Notes under the pieces: model-generated
The model's database searches: none
The model's input: only the letters and a program-made list of their open reading frames with translations
What the model was told of the DNA's origin: nothing
Translations under genes and position numbers: made by a program
Virus record (IMG/VR): IMGVR_UViG_3300048691_000224
DNA: 64,000 nt
Source: a virus
Lineage: Duplodnaviria; Caudoviricetes
Direction: 5' to 3' (one strand)
Part shown: positions 12,608 to 22,146 of the stretch, one piece after another
Layout: each line of letters opens with the position of its first letter
Position numbering within the stretch: position 1 is the first letter of the stretch

Positions 12608-13960
12608 TTAGTTATCCAATACCCATCTTGGAATATTTGCATCTAATTCAGGGCGACGTACGCACAACTGCTTAATAAATTCTACTTGGTCTTCTTTACC
12701 AGCTGTATCACGTGGAACCTCGAGTGCCCATGTCATCATGCGCTCCCAAGCTTCACTCTCTTGGCTAGTTAGTGCAGCGTGACCATACAATGATTTGTTA
12801 CTCAGAGACTCCAGCGCGCGTCTCCAATGTACGAAGCACTGTTCTAGTGCAGCTTTAGACATTGTTGGGAGTGCTAAGAATGCTGGATACCTGAGGTAAT
12901 TAAAGCTAAGATTTATTTTATGAATATCATCACTCACATAGGCTGCACGCTGCTCAACTACCCTAGTAGCAAGGTGATGGAGTGTTTTAAGACTAAACAC
13001 ATTGACGGTTGTCATGTATGCTAGTCGGATATTGGGGCACTGGTCAAGTAGTAATTCAACATTCCGCCAAAAACGATCGACGTCCATACCATCTCTGACG
13101 AATTCTTGTTCTGGACCATCACCCTCAATTGAGGTAAAAATAGTGATCCGAGCGACTTTGTTGTCGAGGCTATTAAGTTTGGATATTAACCGTGTGATCA
13201 ATTCATCTGGTACACATAAGTTTGTATTAATCGCAAAATCTAACGTTGGTTGGGGCGATGTAATCAGATCCTCGATCAACTTCCATGTATTTTTACTGAG
13301 TAGAGGTTCGCCTCCTGTGATTCTAAAGTGAGTCAGCTTTTGTTTAAGTTCTGGCCACCAATTCCAAAATGCATCGACATATGGGTTCACTTCTTTGGAT
13401 TGGTACGGCATTTTATCTGTAGACTTGAGATATTCAATATCATTGAATGTTGTGTGTGGTAATTTGTATGGTCCATGACGCTGGGAATCTTCCATCCACC
13501 TGGAACTCACATCAGGAGAACAATACAGACACCGAAAGTTACAAGTATTATCAAAATTCACCTCAATGTATGATGGGAAGAACTCCGAACCTTGGCCCGA
13601 TTGAATCACTTCTTCAAAACGTGGGTATGACCACGATGTCCTACTTTTAAATGTTCGATCACTGTCGTGATCACCCGTCGTCAAATTTTCAATTTTCCAG
13701 CAATATTCACACTCAGGAGTCTGAATTCCATTAAGCATATCTTGCCGAGCTTTTTGCTTGTGTGTAGTATTATGCAAGGCAGACAAGTTTGTTTCTAATT
13801 CACTCAGTGGTATTTTGTGAGTAGCCGGGTGATGACACGAGTGGGTATGTCCAGTATTCAAGTGAATCGTTCCCTGTGTCCATTTCGCCAGGCACATTGT
13901 CGGACTGACTTCACTCAATTCGTCGCGAATTTGTTTGATTGGAATAATTTTAAAGTTCAT
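12608..13960 (-). CDS. Radical SAM protein with N-terminal twitch/SPASM-like Cys/His domain
   Basis: CNFRCLYC (CxxxCxxC) and TGGEPLL; N-terminal CLAKW..HSCHHP..CEYCW. Likely start MNFK at 13960. Confidence 0.88.
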   Translation of the reverse strand: MNFKIIPIKQIRDELSEVSPTMCLAKWTQGTIHLNTGHTHSCHHPATHKIPLSELETNLSALHNTTHKQKARQDMLNGIQTPECEYCWKIENLTTGDHDSDRTFKSRTSWSYPRFEEVIQSGQGSEFFPSYIEVNFDNTCNFRCLYCSPDVSSRWMEDSQRHGPYKLPHTTFNDIEYLKSTDKMPYQSKEVNPYVDAFWNWWPELKQKLTHFRITGGEPLLSKNTWKLIEDLITSPQPTLDFAINTNLCVPDELITRLISKLNSLDNKVARITIFTSIEGDGPEQEFVRDGMDVDRFWRNVELLLDQCPNIRLAYMTTVNVFSLKTLHHLATRVVEQRAAYVSDDIHKINLSFNYLRYPAFLALPTMSKAALEQCFVHWRRALESLSNKSLYGHAALTSQESEAWERMMTWALEVPRDTAGKEDQVEFIKQLCVRRPELDANIPRWVLDN

Positions 13961-13993
13961 GTGTATACGGATATAACTGGTGATGGTTAAGAG

Positions 13994-14025
13994 ACAGTGA
14001 AGAGCACTCGAGTGCTCTTCACTGT
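13994..14025. repeat. Perfect 32-bp palindrome
   Basis: ACAGTGAAGAGCACTC|GAGTGCTCTTCACTGT, read directly. Confidence 0.95.
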
Positions 14026-14103
14026 AACCATTGGGTTTACACCATGGCGCTAATGAACTACACGGCGTTGCGAATTGTAACAATATTACTGTGTGAGATA
14101 CTG

Positions 14104-15228
14104 TTAAGGAACAGTGTTTGTCCGCCCGACAGTGACTGTAATCTTGTATGTGATTGTCCACACTCGATCCATACTCTTTAGCAGTGGGTGAAAAATGATG
14201 TGAGACAATAACCGCTCACGTTCACTACTCGGGTTAGATGGGCTATTGGCAATACCTTGAGCCTGTCCTGGCAACGCGTTAGCAATATTGGTAAATCCTG
14301 TCAGATTCGAGAATAACCAGTTTGTTGGGTATGGTAGAGGTGGGATAACAATAGAGACTGTTGAAGTGCTTCCGGCGGTGATTGATACGAACCGCAGTGC
14401 ACCGTAAGTCACTACACCTGGTTCACTTACTTGAGAATTGCAGCCAGCAGTCGCAGTAGCCAGTGCTGAATTCAAAAGCGTGTTCAGATCCTCATATGTA
14501 ATTGCCCCACCAACTCCTGAACCAGCGGTTGGGGTTGTGAGAGAGATATTCTTTGTTATTCCATCGACAGTGATGTCAAATATGTACACTGTATTAGGCA
14601 CCAATCCAGTCAGCGAATCAAATGCCTTTGTCCCAACCAAAACGTCTTGGTACCCCTGTGTTGCAATTCTAGGCAAACCAGCAGAGAACAAACCAATTTC
14701 ATCAAATACAAAATCTGTACGATCGGAGGTTGGGGATAGTGAACTCTGAACTTGTCCGACAGGCTCAAACCTATTGAGTACGCAGGTCACTATGACTTGA
14801 GATTTCAGCGTTGGCAATTCAATGCTGTGGACTCCCGTTGGTGCAATTGCAGCGTCACCACCTGGTACTGCTCCTGGACCAGTTCCTAGTAAAGGATTTG
14901 ATTCCTCGACGACTTCAGAATACACTTCGTAGTGGAGTCTGGATTCCCAGTTAGAGGGATCGGGCAGTGCGCCATCATTTACAGTTCGGAATGATACTGT
15001 ACCAGTTGCGTCGACGAATGTTCCACCACTACCAAATCCAATTCTGTAAATTCCAGCATTAGGTTCATTTGCAAGTGCTCGAGCAATAATTCTACTCATA
15101 TTTTGTGGATGAATAGCATTCGTTTTCTCGAGAATTGTGTTTCCGAGGTCGTCCGTGATGGCAACTTCACCAATCATGCCTAATTTGACATCAATTGTCG
15201 GATCTTTTTGTATAATTTCGTGGGTCAT
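14104..15228 (-). CDS. Putative virion structural (baseplate/tail) protein
   Basis: Gly/Thr/Pro-rich beta-type composition, FDEIGLF motif, TAAATA late promoter upstream near 15257. Confidence 0.5.
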   Translation of the reverse strand: MTHEIIQKDPTIDVKLGMIGEVAITDDLGNTILEKTNAIHPQNMSRIIARALANEPNAGIYRIGFGSGGTFVDATGTVSFRTVNDGALPDPSNWESRLHYEVYSEVVEESNPLLGTGPGAVPGGDAAIAPTGVHSIELPTLKSQVIVTCVLNRFEPVGQVQSSLSPTSDRTDFVFDEIGLFSAGLPRIATQGYQDVLVGTKAFDSLTGLVPNTVYIFDITVDGITKNISLTTPTAGSGVGGAITYEDLNTLLNSALATATAGCNSQVSEPGVVTYGALRFVSITAGSTSTVSIVIPPLPYPTNWLFSNLTGFTNIANALPGQAQGIANSPSNPSSERERLLSHIIFHPLLKSMDRVWTITYKITVTVGRTNTVP

Positions 15229-15644
15229 TTGTGGGAGTTTCGTCTATTTCAGTGGATTATTTATCAGATCCGCGAGGATGGTAGATGTGCCGTCTAATAT
15301 GAACACAGTGGTATTAGGGTTTGTGCGTAACTCAAGCAATACCGTTTCTTGATAGTATCACGGTATTGAATAGTACTCAACTGATGGACAGATCTAGTGG
15401 ATATTTTTCGTATCGTACTAGTCCGTTTTATCAAAACTGGTCACAATACTTGCAATGCCAGCTATGACTGCTACAATAACTAACAACATAATAATACCAT
15501 AAACATTAAACATACTTTATTTCCTTATATCATACCACATACATTAATTCATTTGCGAGACTGTAGTCAACTCACAAGTACCATTGCAATAAAAATAGGG
15601 CAGATTAGGTGCCCTATTTTATCTTGTATTAGAATTGCAAATTC

Positions 15645-16037
15645 TTATCGCGCTGGTGGTGAGTAGCTTTGCAATTGGGCAGCAGTGCCGCCAATCTGTC
15701 CGAGGCGAGGTTGTAAAATCTGCCCATTAGGAGTCAAGATTTTTGCAAGCTGGTGGTAGTACTCCAATGAATTCACACCATTGCCCAGTGTCTTCTGAGC
15801 CATCAACTCGTACAATGGAAACAATGTTGCTTGGCGGCCAGAGATGATATCAACAAGGCGGCGTTTGTCGATCGAATCCAAGCTGCTCAACGGAACAAAG
15901 TGAACATTTCCATTTGCATCGACATTCAAGATTGCGACCTCTTCCCATACACCAGTTCCGGTAGGGTCAATCCATCCGATGTGTGGATATTTGCTTGGAC
16001 GAATCTCGATAGGGGTTTGATTTTTGTATTGAAACAT
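15645..16037 (-). CDS. Hypothetical protein
   Basis: ORF track; downstream of a late-promoter-like TAAATA. Confidence 0.6.
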   Translation of the reverse strand: MFQYKNQTPIEIRPSKYPHIGWIDPTGTGVWEEVAILNVDANGNVHFVPLSSLDSIDKRRLVDIISGRQATLFPLYELMAQKTLGNGVNSLEYYHQLAKILTPNGQILQPRLGQIGGTAAQLQSYSPPAR

Positions 16038-16150
16038 GATTTTATAGTAACTTTCTAGTAAAAACTCCCTGGTATTATGCAGAAGAGCGCTGGTAACGTC
16101 ACTATTTAGTATGCAAAAAACTGGGGTATTTTGACTCTAAGATGTATAGG

Positions 16151-16180
16151 CAAAAAAAGAGGCCCTTGTGAGGCCTCTTT
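16151..16180 (-). terminator. Rho-independent terminator ending the tmRNA transcript
   Basis: AAAGAGGCC/GGCCTCTTT stem followed by a T7 tract on the minus strand. Confidence 0.8.
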
Positions 16181-16505
16181 CTAGTTGTTGGGTGATAAGG
16201 TAACCAGCCTCAGCGTGTTGTCGGTGTTTAGGCGACTAACGCAAATAATTCATCGTTGTGAGTTATTATTTGTTTGCCAGATTTAACGACGTTCGTGCGT
16301 GTCGGATTGTAATTAAATTCTATTCTCTGTCAGTCGATTCTAGATCGCCCCCATCAAAAACACTATACTCGCACTGGACATAATGTTTTTGGTGGAGGCG
16401 TCGGGATTTGCACCCGATTGTTGCCAGTTTTACCAATTTAGGTTTCCAGAGTTTCTAGCCCGAGGCGGATTAGAGTACCGCACCCTTCGGAAGCTCATCA
16501 CAATC
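16181..16505 (-). ncRNA. ssrA: Circularly permuted (two-piece) tmRNA
   Basis: T-arm plus CGCCTCC-A-CCA (ends 16390) lies upstream of the 5' strand GGGGGCGATCTAGAATCGAC (starts 16352). The strands form a 7-bp acceptor stem with G3.U70. Tag frame ends ...HNDELFALVA* at 16228. Confidence 0.9.
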
Positions 16506-16519
16506 ATTTCTTTTACTTA

Positions 16520-17137
16520 TTATAGTTGAGACAGAACTTGGTCACACCGGTCATTGATATCGAGGCAATTAACGATGATCTGTCGAGAGGTAGGAACCAT
16601 CACATCAAAGTATTTGCGCATTGTGTCATCAACAAGGCTTGTGTAGTGTTTGTTTACAGATGCTCGTTGCGCCTCGACTTGAGGTGCAAAGTGCCCACCT
16701 TCGATGAACACGACCTTGTTATATCCTGCTAGTGCGGATACACACTGGTGATAGTAATTATCCAACCAGTCAGAGCGGCTCTGAACTCCACCAAGAGCCA
16801 TCAGCGCGTATACAAATAAATCCACTGGACTACGTTCCGTGAATATGATTGGATGTTGTAGTGGTGTGTGTCTACGTTGAACTTCAAGATATGTGGATGT
16901 ATCGTCAGCGAGTTTTCTGGTGAGGATCTCATTCTGGAATTTTATTGTCAGTTCTGGATCGGAATTAATCTGATCCAGAGTGACGCCCCAATCCGTTTGT
17001 ATCGATCGTGATGATTTTCTTGCGACCACATAGTGCCCATGGCACTCACTTAGTCGAGTAATTAGGGTAGTCTTACCAGCTGATTGAGCTGCGGTTATTG
17101 CGATGATTGATGGTGTTGACATGTGGAGGTTTACCAA
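16520..17137 (-). CDS. P-loop nucleoside/nucleotide kinase-like protein (AAA_28/NadR-like)
   Basis: IIAITAAQSAGKTTLI Walker A variant; TERSPVD motif. Confidence 0.7.
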   Translation of the reverse strand: MVNLHMSTPSIIAITAAQSAGKTTLITRLSECHGHYVVARKSSRSIQTDWGVTLDQINSDPELTIKFQNEILTRKLADDTSTYLEVQRRHTPLQHPIIFTERSPVDLFVYALMALGGVQSRSDWLDNYYHQCVSALAGYNKVVFIEGGHFAPQVEAQRASVNKHYTSLVDDTMRKYFDVMVPTSRQIIVNCLDINDRCDQVLSQL

Positions 17138-17340
17138 TTATCGTACTCAGTGAGATCTAGGACCTCATTGGTTACCAGATTTGTTACTGTTGTTATTAGA
17201 CCGAGTCCTGTTGGGGTGAAGGAGAATGTGTACTGGGTACCGAGCGCATCTCGCGATGCTGTGTGGTCTTTTACCCAAGTATCAAACTTCTCCTTGTCAT
17301 ATGTCGACAACACAAACATTGTTTGTGGCTCTATCGGCAT
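17131..17340 (-). CDS. Hypothetical protein
   Basis: ORF track; FSFTPTGLG motif; operonic. Confidence 0.55.
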   Translation of the reverse strand: MPIEPQTMFVLSTYDKEKFDTWVKDHTASRDALGTQYTFSFTPTGLGLITTVTNLVTNEVLDLTEYDNW

Positions 17341-17341
17341 A

Positions 17342-17566
17342 TCAGAATGTAGTTGGTTGTGCTACACTACGAACCAGTGCCATAAGACCTGTCTGGAGAT
17401 CAGTAGTACCAATACTTACCCAACGCTGATCGATGTCAGGATTTCCTCGAAGGCGTAAACACAGAGCCTCCAACACAACACCCTGTTGTTTGATCTCATT
17501 CATAAGATCAATTTCTACCTGAGAGAGGTCCCGATAGCCTTTGATGATTTTATGTTGGTTGTCCAT
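17342..17566 (-). CDS. acb2: Anti-CBASS protein Acb2 (T4 Vs.4-like cyclic oligonucleotide sponge)
   Basis: MDNQHKIIKGYRDLSQVEIDLMN...RWVSIGTTDLQTGLMALVRSVAQP closely resembles the Acb2 N- and C-terminal signatures as I recall them. Confidence 0.9.
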   Translation of the reverse strand: MDNQHKIIKGYRDLSQVEIDLMNEIKQQGVVLEALCLRLRGNPDIDQRWVSIGTTDLQTGLMALVRSVAQPTTF

Positions 17567-18061
17567 TTGATCCCTGTGTGAATAGTTGTTGGTTTTGAGT
17601 TGCGACTACCGCATTGTGGTCTCGCAGTTTGTCGGCAATTTTAGTTGATGTGATGGTGCTCAGTGTTGCTTGTGCTTCCTGATTTGCTGCTTGTGCAGTA
17701 GCGCTGTCACCTGCCGCCGAGGCTACATTACTAGCTTGAAGTGAGCCCAGCATTGACGTATATTGTTGCATGAGAATTGGATTCATAGTTTACCTGTATG
17801 TTAATTATTATCGAGACAAAATATCCGATATTTTAGATTTCGCTGTTTAGCAGCGAGCCCTAGCTCATAACCAAATGCTGAAATTTCCCGCACCTGGCAA
17901 TTTGTTGATTCGGCGATCAGTGTTGCTACATGGCGAGCAAACTCCAGTTCCTCCGTAACCAATTCACTCTCGATTACTAGCGTGTCACATCCACCAGCCA
18001 GGCGGATTAGTTGAGCATTGATGGAGGTAACATCACCACCCTTGACTTTGAATACATTCAT
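17550..18061 (-). other. Two small hypothetical ORFs (17550-17786, 17801-18061)
   Basis: ORF track. Confidence 0.55.
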
Positions 18062-18077
18062 ATATTACATAAGCCTC

Positions 18078-18356
18078 TCAGTGTTCACCGAACAGAGTCG
18101 TATACAACTCTCTCGTTGCTTCTTGCTTTGTCTCGACCTTTGTGAATGTCTGCTTGTGTCGCATCGAGATTACTTGATTGAGAATACCTGTGTCGATTTT
18201 AAATTGTTCTTTAATCGCTGTCAACACTTCTTTTTTGTGAGTTCGTTCACCGTCTGCCCGCATCATACACGCACACGCTTCATCGATCATAATCGATAAT
18301 TGTTTGCGTTCTGCGTCACTTGTCGGGATAATAAAATCGAAACCTTCTGTTGCCAT
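18078..18356 (-). CDS. T4 DsbA-like dsDNA-binding protein
   Basis: 92-aa helical protein; length and C-terminal ELYTTLF resemble T4 DsbA. Confidence 0.6.
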   Translation of the reverse strand: MATEGFDFIIPTSDAERKQLSIMIDEACACMMRADGERTHKKEVLTAIKEQFKIDTGILNQVISMRHKQTFTKVETKQEATRELYTTLFGEH

Positions 18357-18373
18357 GATGGAAATACCTTTTT

Positions 18374-19006
18374 TTAAAAATTTGTCTTGAGCCAGTCTAC
18401 GTACGTTCCTGGGAAATCCGATGGTTGAAACAATAGACCAGATTTGAACGATACGAATGTTTTGGTGGCGTATAGGTCTCCAACTTCAACTTGTGAGAAT
18501 ACATGAGTGAAGTGAGGGTCGCTAGGGTACACAACCATTGTACCTCGTTGGGGGTTAAAGCCAAACCCCCAAGTCGGGAATTCCATCTTACCGCCGTATA
18601 CTTCAAAATCACCATCGAATGGTGGAGTTTCGTTGTAGTCTGATAAAAACACTACGGCTGTGATATCCCTATTGTGGATTCGTAACCACTTTCCCTTGAT
18701 TCTCGAAGAATTATCACAAACTGGATTTGGGGCAACACTAGAGTCAGACCACAGTACCCTGGTTGGTTCATAATCAACTATCTCATTTTGATAGTGAGCT
18801 TCAATTTCAGCCGCTTTAGAATCCAAGAATTGTGTGATCAGTGTGTGAGCTAGTTCTGTGTGTTTTACAGATACTACTGGCACATTGTGTTTATCAACAT
18901 CTGGAAACAAAAAGTTTGCATTTTGTATAATCTCCTCACACTGCATGGGTGAGAGAGCTTCTTCGAATATCAGAAATGGTGATCGAGTTTGTTTAGTTGT
19001 TGACAT
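18374..19006 (-). CDS. 2OG-Fe(II) oxygenase-fold protein (possibly degenerate)
   Basis: ITAVVFL, YGGKMEFP, PQRGTMVVYPS and FTH motifs of the prolyl-hydroxylase-like fold. Confidence 0.75.
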   Translation of the reverse strand: MSTTKQTRSPFLIFEEALSPMQCEEIIQNANFLFPDVDKHNVPVVSVKHTELAHTLITQFLDSKAAEIEAHYQNEIVDYEPTRVLWSDSSVAPNPVCDNSSRIKGKWLRIHNRDITAVVFLSDYNETPPFDGDFEVYGGKMEFPTWGFGFNPQRGTMVVYPSDPHFTHVFSQVEVGDLYATKTFVSFKSGLLFQPSDFPGTYVDWLKTNF

Positions 19007-19697
19007 GTTGAGCTTTAGATTCGTGAAATAGTGTAAAAATGTTTTGCACTATTTTTATATATGGATGAATCTTACGCTCAAATACTTGTGGTTTAAACGA
19101 GTTTTGGTTACCTATAATAATAACAATATCTTCGACTAATATACCAGTCATTTCATACCAGCACAGTGCATACACCGTTGCCTGGAGGAAGTAGTCTCTA
19201 ATATCATCTTCACTCTTAACCTTATTGGCTGTCTTGAAGTCGATGAATGCTGGTTTGTTTTTCCAGATGCCAAGTAAGTCGGTCCGACCCGCAGTTTTCA
19301 GAGTATGGGAAACCAAGCAGTTCTCTTTGAGGATAATTTCTGATAGGTGTGCTTTGAGTAGTGCCCGAATCTGACGAACTGGGACAGCAATCTCTTTTGG
19401 TTGGTCTCCCAACTCAATCTCAATGTCGGTATTATCCAACCACACATCAAGAGTGTCATGAACCGCCGTACCTCTATCACACGCTGCCTCCGTTACTTGA
19501 GCTGCGTGCTTTTTACCAACTGCAGCTCTCCACCTCTCCAACCCTGCTTGCTTTTCGACATTTGCAGTGCCGAGGACGGTTGTTACACTTGGATACAGCA
19601 CCCCCGGCGAAACCTCATACACCCGCTTTCCATTGGGGGAGGTCTTGCTGGAAAAGTTGTACTGTTCTAGATTGAGTGGAGTATTGATTGGAATCAC
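18993..19697 (-). CDS. PD-(D/E)XK exonuclease (Cas4-like phage family)
   Basis: YPSVTTVL, RGTAVH, AGRTD, IDFKT and LQATVYA motifs. Confidence 0.88.
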   Translation of the reverse strand: MIPINTPLNLEQYNFSSKTSPNGKRVYEVSPGVLYPSVTTVLGTANVEKQAGLERWRAAVGKKHAAQVTEAACDRGTAVHDTLDVWLDNTDIEIELGDQPKEIAVPVRQIRALLKAHLSEIILKENCLVSHTLKTAGRTDLLGIWKNKPAFIDFKTANKVKSEDDIRDYFLQATVYALCWYEMTGILVEDIVIIIGNQNSFKPQVFERKIHPYIKIVQNIFTLFHESKAQHVNN

Positions 19698-20665
19698 TGA
19701 GGAATCTCATCCTGATTGTTTGCTGCTCTAAATTTTGCTAATCGGGCAACGAGGCGTGCGTTTTTTTGTTCTTCACGGGCTTCGTCTTCCTCTTGCTCCA
19801 TGGCAGCGATTTCTTGGTGTTGGCTGATTTCTTGGTTGAGCTTGTCGTGTTCGACAGAAGCTAGTGTGGCGGCTGTTTTAGCTTTGTCTACCTCAACAGC
19901 TGCTGCTCGAGCTTCTGTCTCTTGTTTCAGTAGGTTGATTACTGATTGCAGTAAATCGACTGTCGAAGCAGTATCCTCAACACTTGGTTCACTTAGCGCA
20001 TCAGCTGCTGGTTCTTCGAGTTCTGGAGCCGCTGCATCATCCGCCAAATCTAGTGGTGGAGTGTCAGTCAATTCTGGATCTTCTGTGGGTTCAGTGTCAG
20101 CAGGCTCGTCTTCATCAGCCTCTGTGAGCTCTTCATCACCCTCAATATCCTCATTCCACTCTACATCTAAGATTTCAAAATCTTGACGTAAAATATGGAT
20201 AATTTCAGCAACTTCTTTGCCAGAAGCGTTATCTTCAAGCAAATCTGCTAACTGAGTTTCAAACTCCGCCGCATCTTCTCTTGGTACAGTAACCTTGATT
20301 ATGTGTCCGTCTGCATCTTGAAGGCCAAACACAGATACAGCGGTGGGGGATGATGTTTCGGACTGTCGGACAGCACTATCAACACGGGAATTGGTATCAT
20401 CCACCGTGCGTTTAACACGCTCAGTAGCCTCAGCACTAATATCATCTTCCTCCGCCTCAATTAACAGGTTGCTTTTAGGTGTAGCATCAAACATCAGTGC
20501 AGTCGATAAATCAAACTGAACTAGGGTAGATTCACCCATTGTGATTGGGCGCCGGATCATTTTGCGGCGCTTGGCTTTTGGTACCAGCGCTGGGGTTGTT
20601 GCAATTGAGGTAGAAGATGTGCAACTTGCAGCATCTACCGCTTCTAGGATTTGAGTGAGTTTCAT
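19694..20665 (-). CDS. Highly acidic protein with C-terminal coiled coil; candidate prohead scaffolding protein
   Basis: Asp/Glu-rich low-complexity middle, LTQILEA N-terminus, late promoter upstream. Confidence 0.4.
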   Translation of the reverse strand: MKLTQILEAVDAASCTSSTSIATTPALVPKAKRRKMIRRPITMGESTLVQFDLSTALMFDATPKSNLLIEAEEDDISAEATERVKRTVDDTNSRVDSAVRQSETSSPTAVSVFGLQDADGHIIKVTVPREDAAEFETQLADLLEDNASGKEVAEIIHILRQDFEILDVEWNEDIEGDEELTEADEDEPADTEPTEDPELTDTPPLDLADDAAAPELEEPAADALSEPSVEDTASTVDLLQSVINLLKQETEARAAAVEVDKAKTAATLASVEHDKLNQEISQHQEIAAMEQEEDEAREEQKNARLVARLAKFRAANNQDEIPQ

Positions 20666-20697
20666 ATAGTACAGGACTTTTCGTATGTGGTATTGGA

Positions 20698-22101
20698 TTA
20701 CTTATTGGTCAAATATGATTTGTATATGATGCCGATCACACCCGAAGTGGTTTGTTGGCTGCTAACTTTAGCGATCATTGATTGAATATCTGTTATTATT
20801 TCAGCCGACATCGTTAGTGTCCGATTAATAATTTCAGGTGAATATTTGAATTCTCGTGAATCCGCGAGTTGCAATCTAAGAGTTGCTACGTGCTGCTTGA
20901 AGTTAGTGTTCAGTACCTTTGCTGATCGTAGAGCGTGCTCGAGGGCGGACACAACATCACTGCGGACTGAACTTACGTCGAGGGATGAGAAGTCAGGTGT
21001 AGTTGCCAGAAATTTTCTAATCATTGTTGGCCGAGCAAGTTGATCATACTCAAATATCTCCGATAGAGTTTTCAACAAGTCAGTATAAACTGATCCTGTT
21101 CTCGTATCGATCAATCGGAGTTCATCCGCCACCTGCTTTGGCATTGAGCTCTTTAGTTGCCCACGAATTGCAAAGTTGAAATTATTGAATGCTGTAAACA
21201 CATCCTTATCAACAATTTTAACTTGTGTATTAGTTGCAGGGTCAAACAATACTACCCCCTCGACACCCGGATCGATGCTTTTATCAACACCACCAACATC
21301 TCTCAGGGATGGAGTGAGGGTTCTGACAAATTTAATCAATAGTTCTTGTTTGATTGGGAGCTTGAAGTTGTGTAGGATTACATCACCTATCTGCTTCTTC
21401 AATGCAACAATTTCAGGTGCCCTCGATTGTAGAGCTATCAATTCTCTGATTGTTGGTGAACTCCCTGATGCTAAATCAACCGTACCGTCGAGGTATTGAT
21501 TCAGTTGAGAGATTTGCTCACTAAAGTCTACTGCAGATAATTGTTGAGTATCTAATTGTTGAGGAGTGACGAACCTCCAGGTAACTGGCTCATTTGAGTT
21601 AATTACTGTCTCTCCGTCTGTCGAAGTGTATAATTTAGTATCAATTGTCACTGTCGGAAACTTAATTCCTTTGAGAGAGGCAATGATGGAGTCAGAGTCA
21701 GGTGATAATGCCCGCAAAAATGCGATACACGACGATCCATATATAATTGCATTTGGTTGTGCGCCAAACAGTACTTCAACTTCAACTAAGGTATTTGCTG
21801 GTAATACAGGCTTCAGTAGTGGAGCGATTTGGCGCAGGGCTTGGTGTGCAGACTTAAACCCAGTCATTGCTGCGGAGTCTCCCCACTCTTCGGGGTCATA
21901 TCGCCTCGTCGCTGACCCTTTCTGTTGCCGAGAACAGAAAAGCTCCCCACCATCATCAATTCCAAATGTGAGTGCAGCACCATCTAGCTTTTCAGTAGCT
22001 ATAAATTTGGATAATCTGGTGATGACACCAATAAAAGAATCTAAATCGAGATCTTCTATGTGAGTGATTCCTTCTGAAAGATATTGCTTGAAAGATCGCA
22101 T
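20698..22101 (-). CDS. Ligase/nucleotidyltransferase-fold protein with a head-protein-like N-terminus
   Basis: ATEKLDG (motif I lysine), VEGVVL (motif IV), VKIVDK (motif V); begins MRSFKQYLSEG. Confidence 0.55.
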   Translation of the reverse strand: MRSFKQYLSEGITHIEDLDLDSFIGVITRLSKFIATEKLDGAALTFGIDDGGELFCSRQQKGSATRRYDPEEWGDSAAMTGFKSAHQALRQIAPLLKPVLPANTLVEVEVLFGAQPNAIIYGSSCIAFLRALSPDSDSIIASLKGIKFPTVTIDTKLYTSTDGETVINSNEPVTWRFVTPQQLDTQQLSAVDFSEQISQLNQYLDGTVDLASGSSPTIRELIALQSRAPEIVALKKQIGDVILHNFKLPIKQELLIKFVRTLTPSLRDVGGVDKSIDPGVEGVVLFDPATNTQVKIVDKDVFTAFNNFNFAIRGQLKSSMPKQVADELRLIDTRTGSVYTDLLKTLSEIFEYDQLARPTMIRKFLATTPDFSSLDVSSVRSDVVSALEHALRSAKVLNTNFKQHVATLRLQLADSREFKYSPEIINRTLTMSAEIITDIQSMIAKVSSQQTTSGVIGIIYKSYLTNK

Positions 22102-22146
22102 TAAATTCTAGCCTGAGTGTTAGTGGGTTATTTATTATTTTACAAA

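Noticed and set aside
13961-14161. N-terminal extension of the radical SAM ORF in the track
   Set aside because: Overlaps the upstream gene and the palindrome; recognisable sequence begins at MNFK (13960)
2822-19697. CRISPR-Cas system (Cas12 from TnpB, Cas4 from the exonuclease)
   Set aside because: No array, cas1 or cas2. TnpB is only 408 aa, and the PD-(D/E)XK protein lacks the Cas4 Fe-S cysteines.
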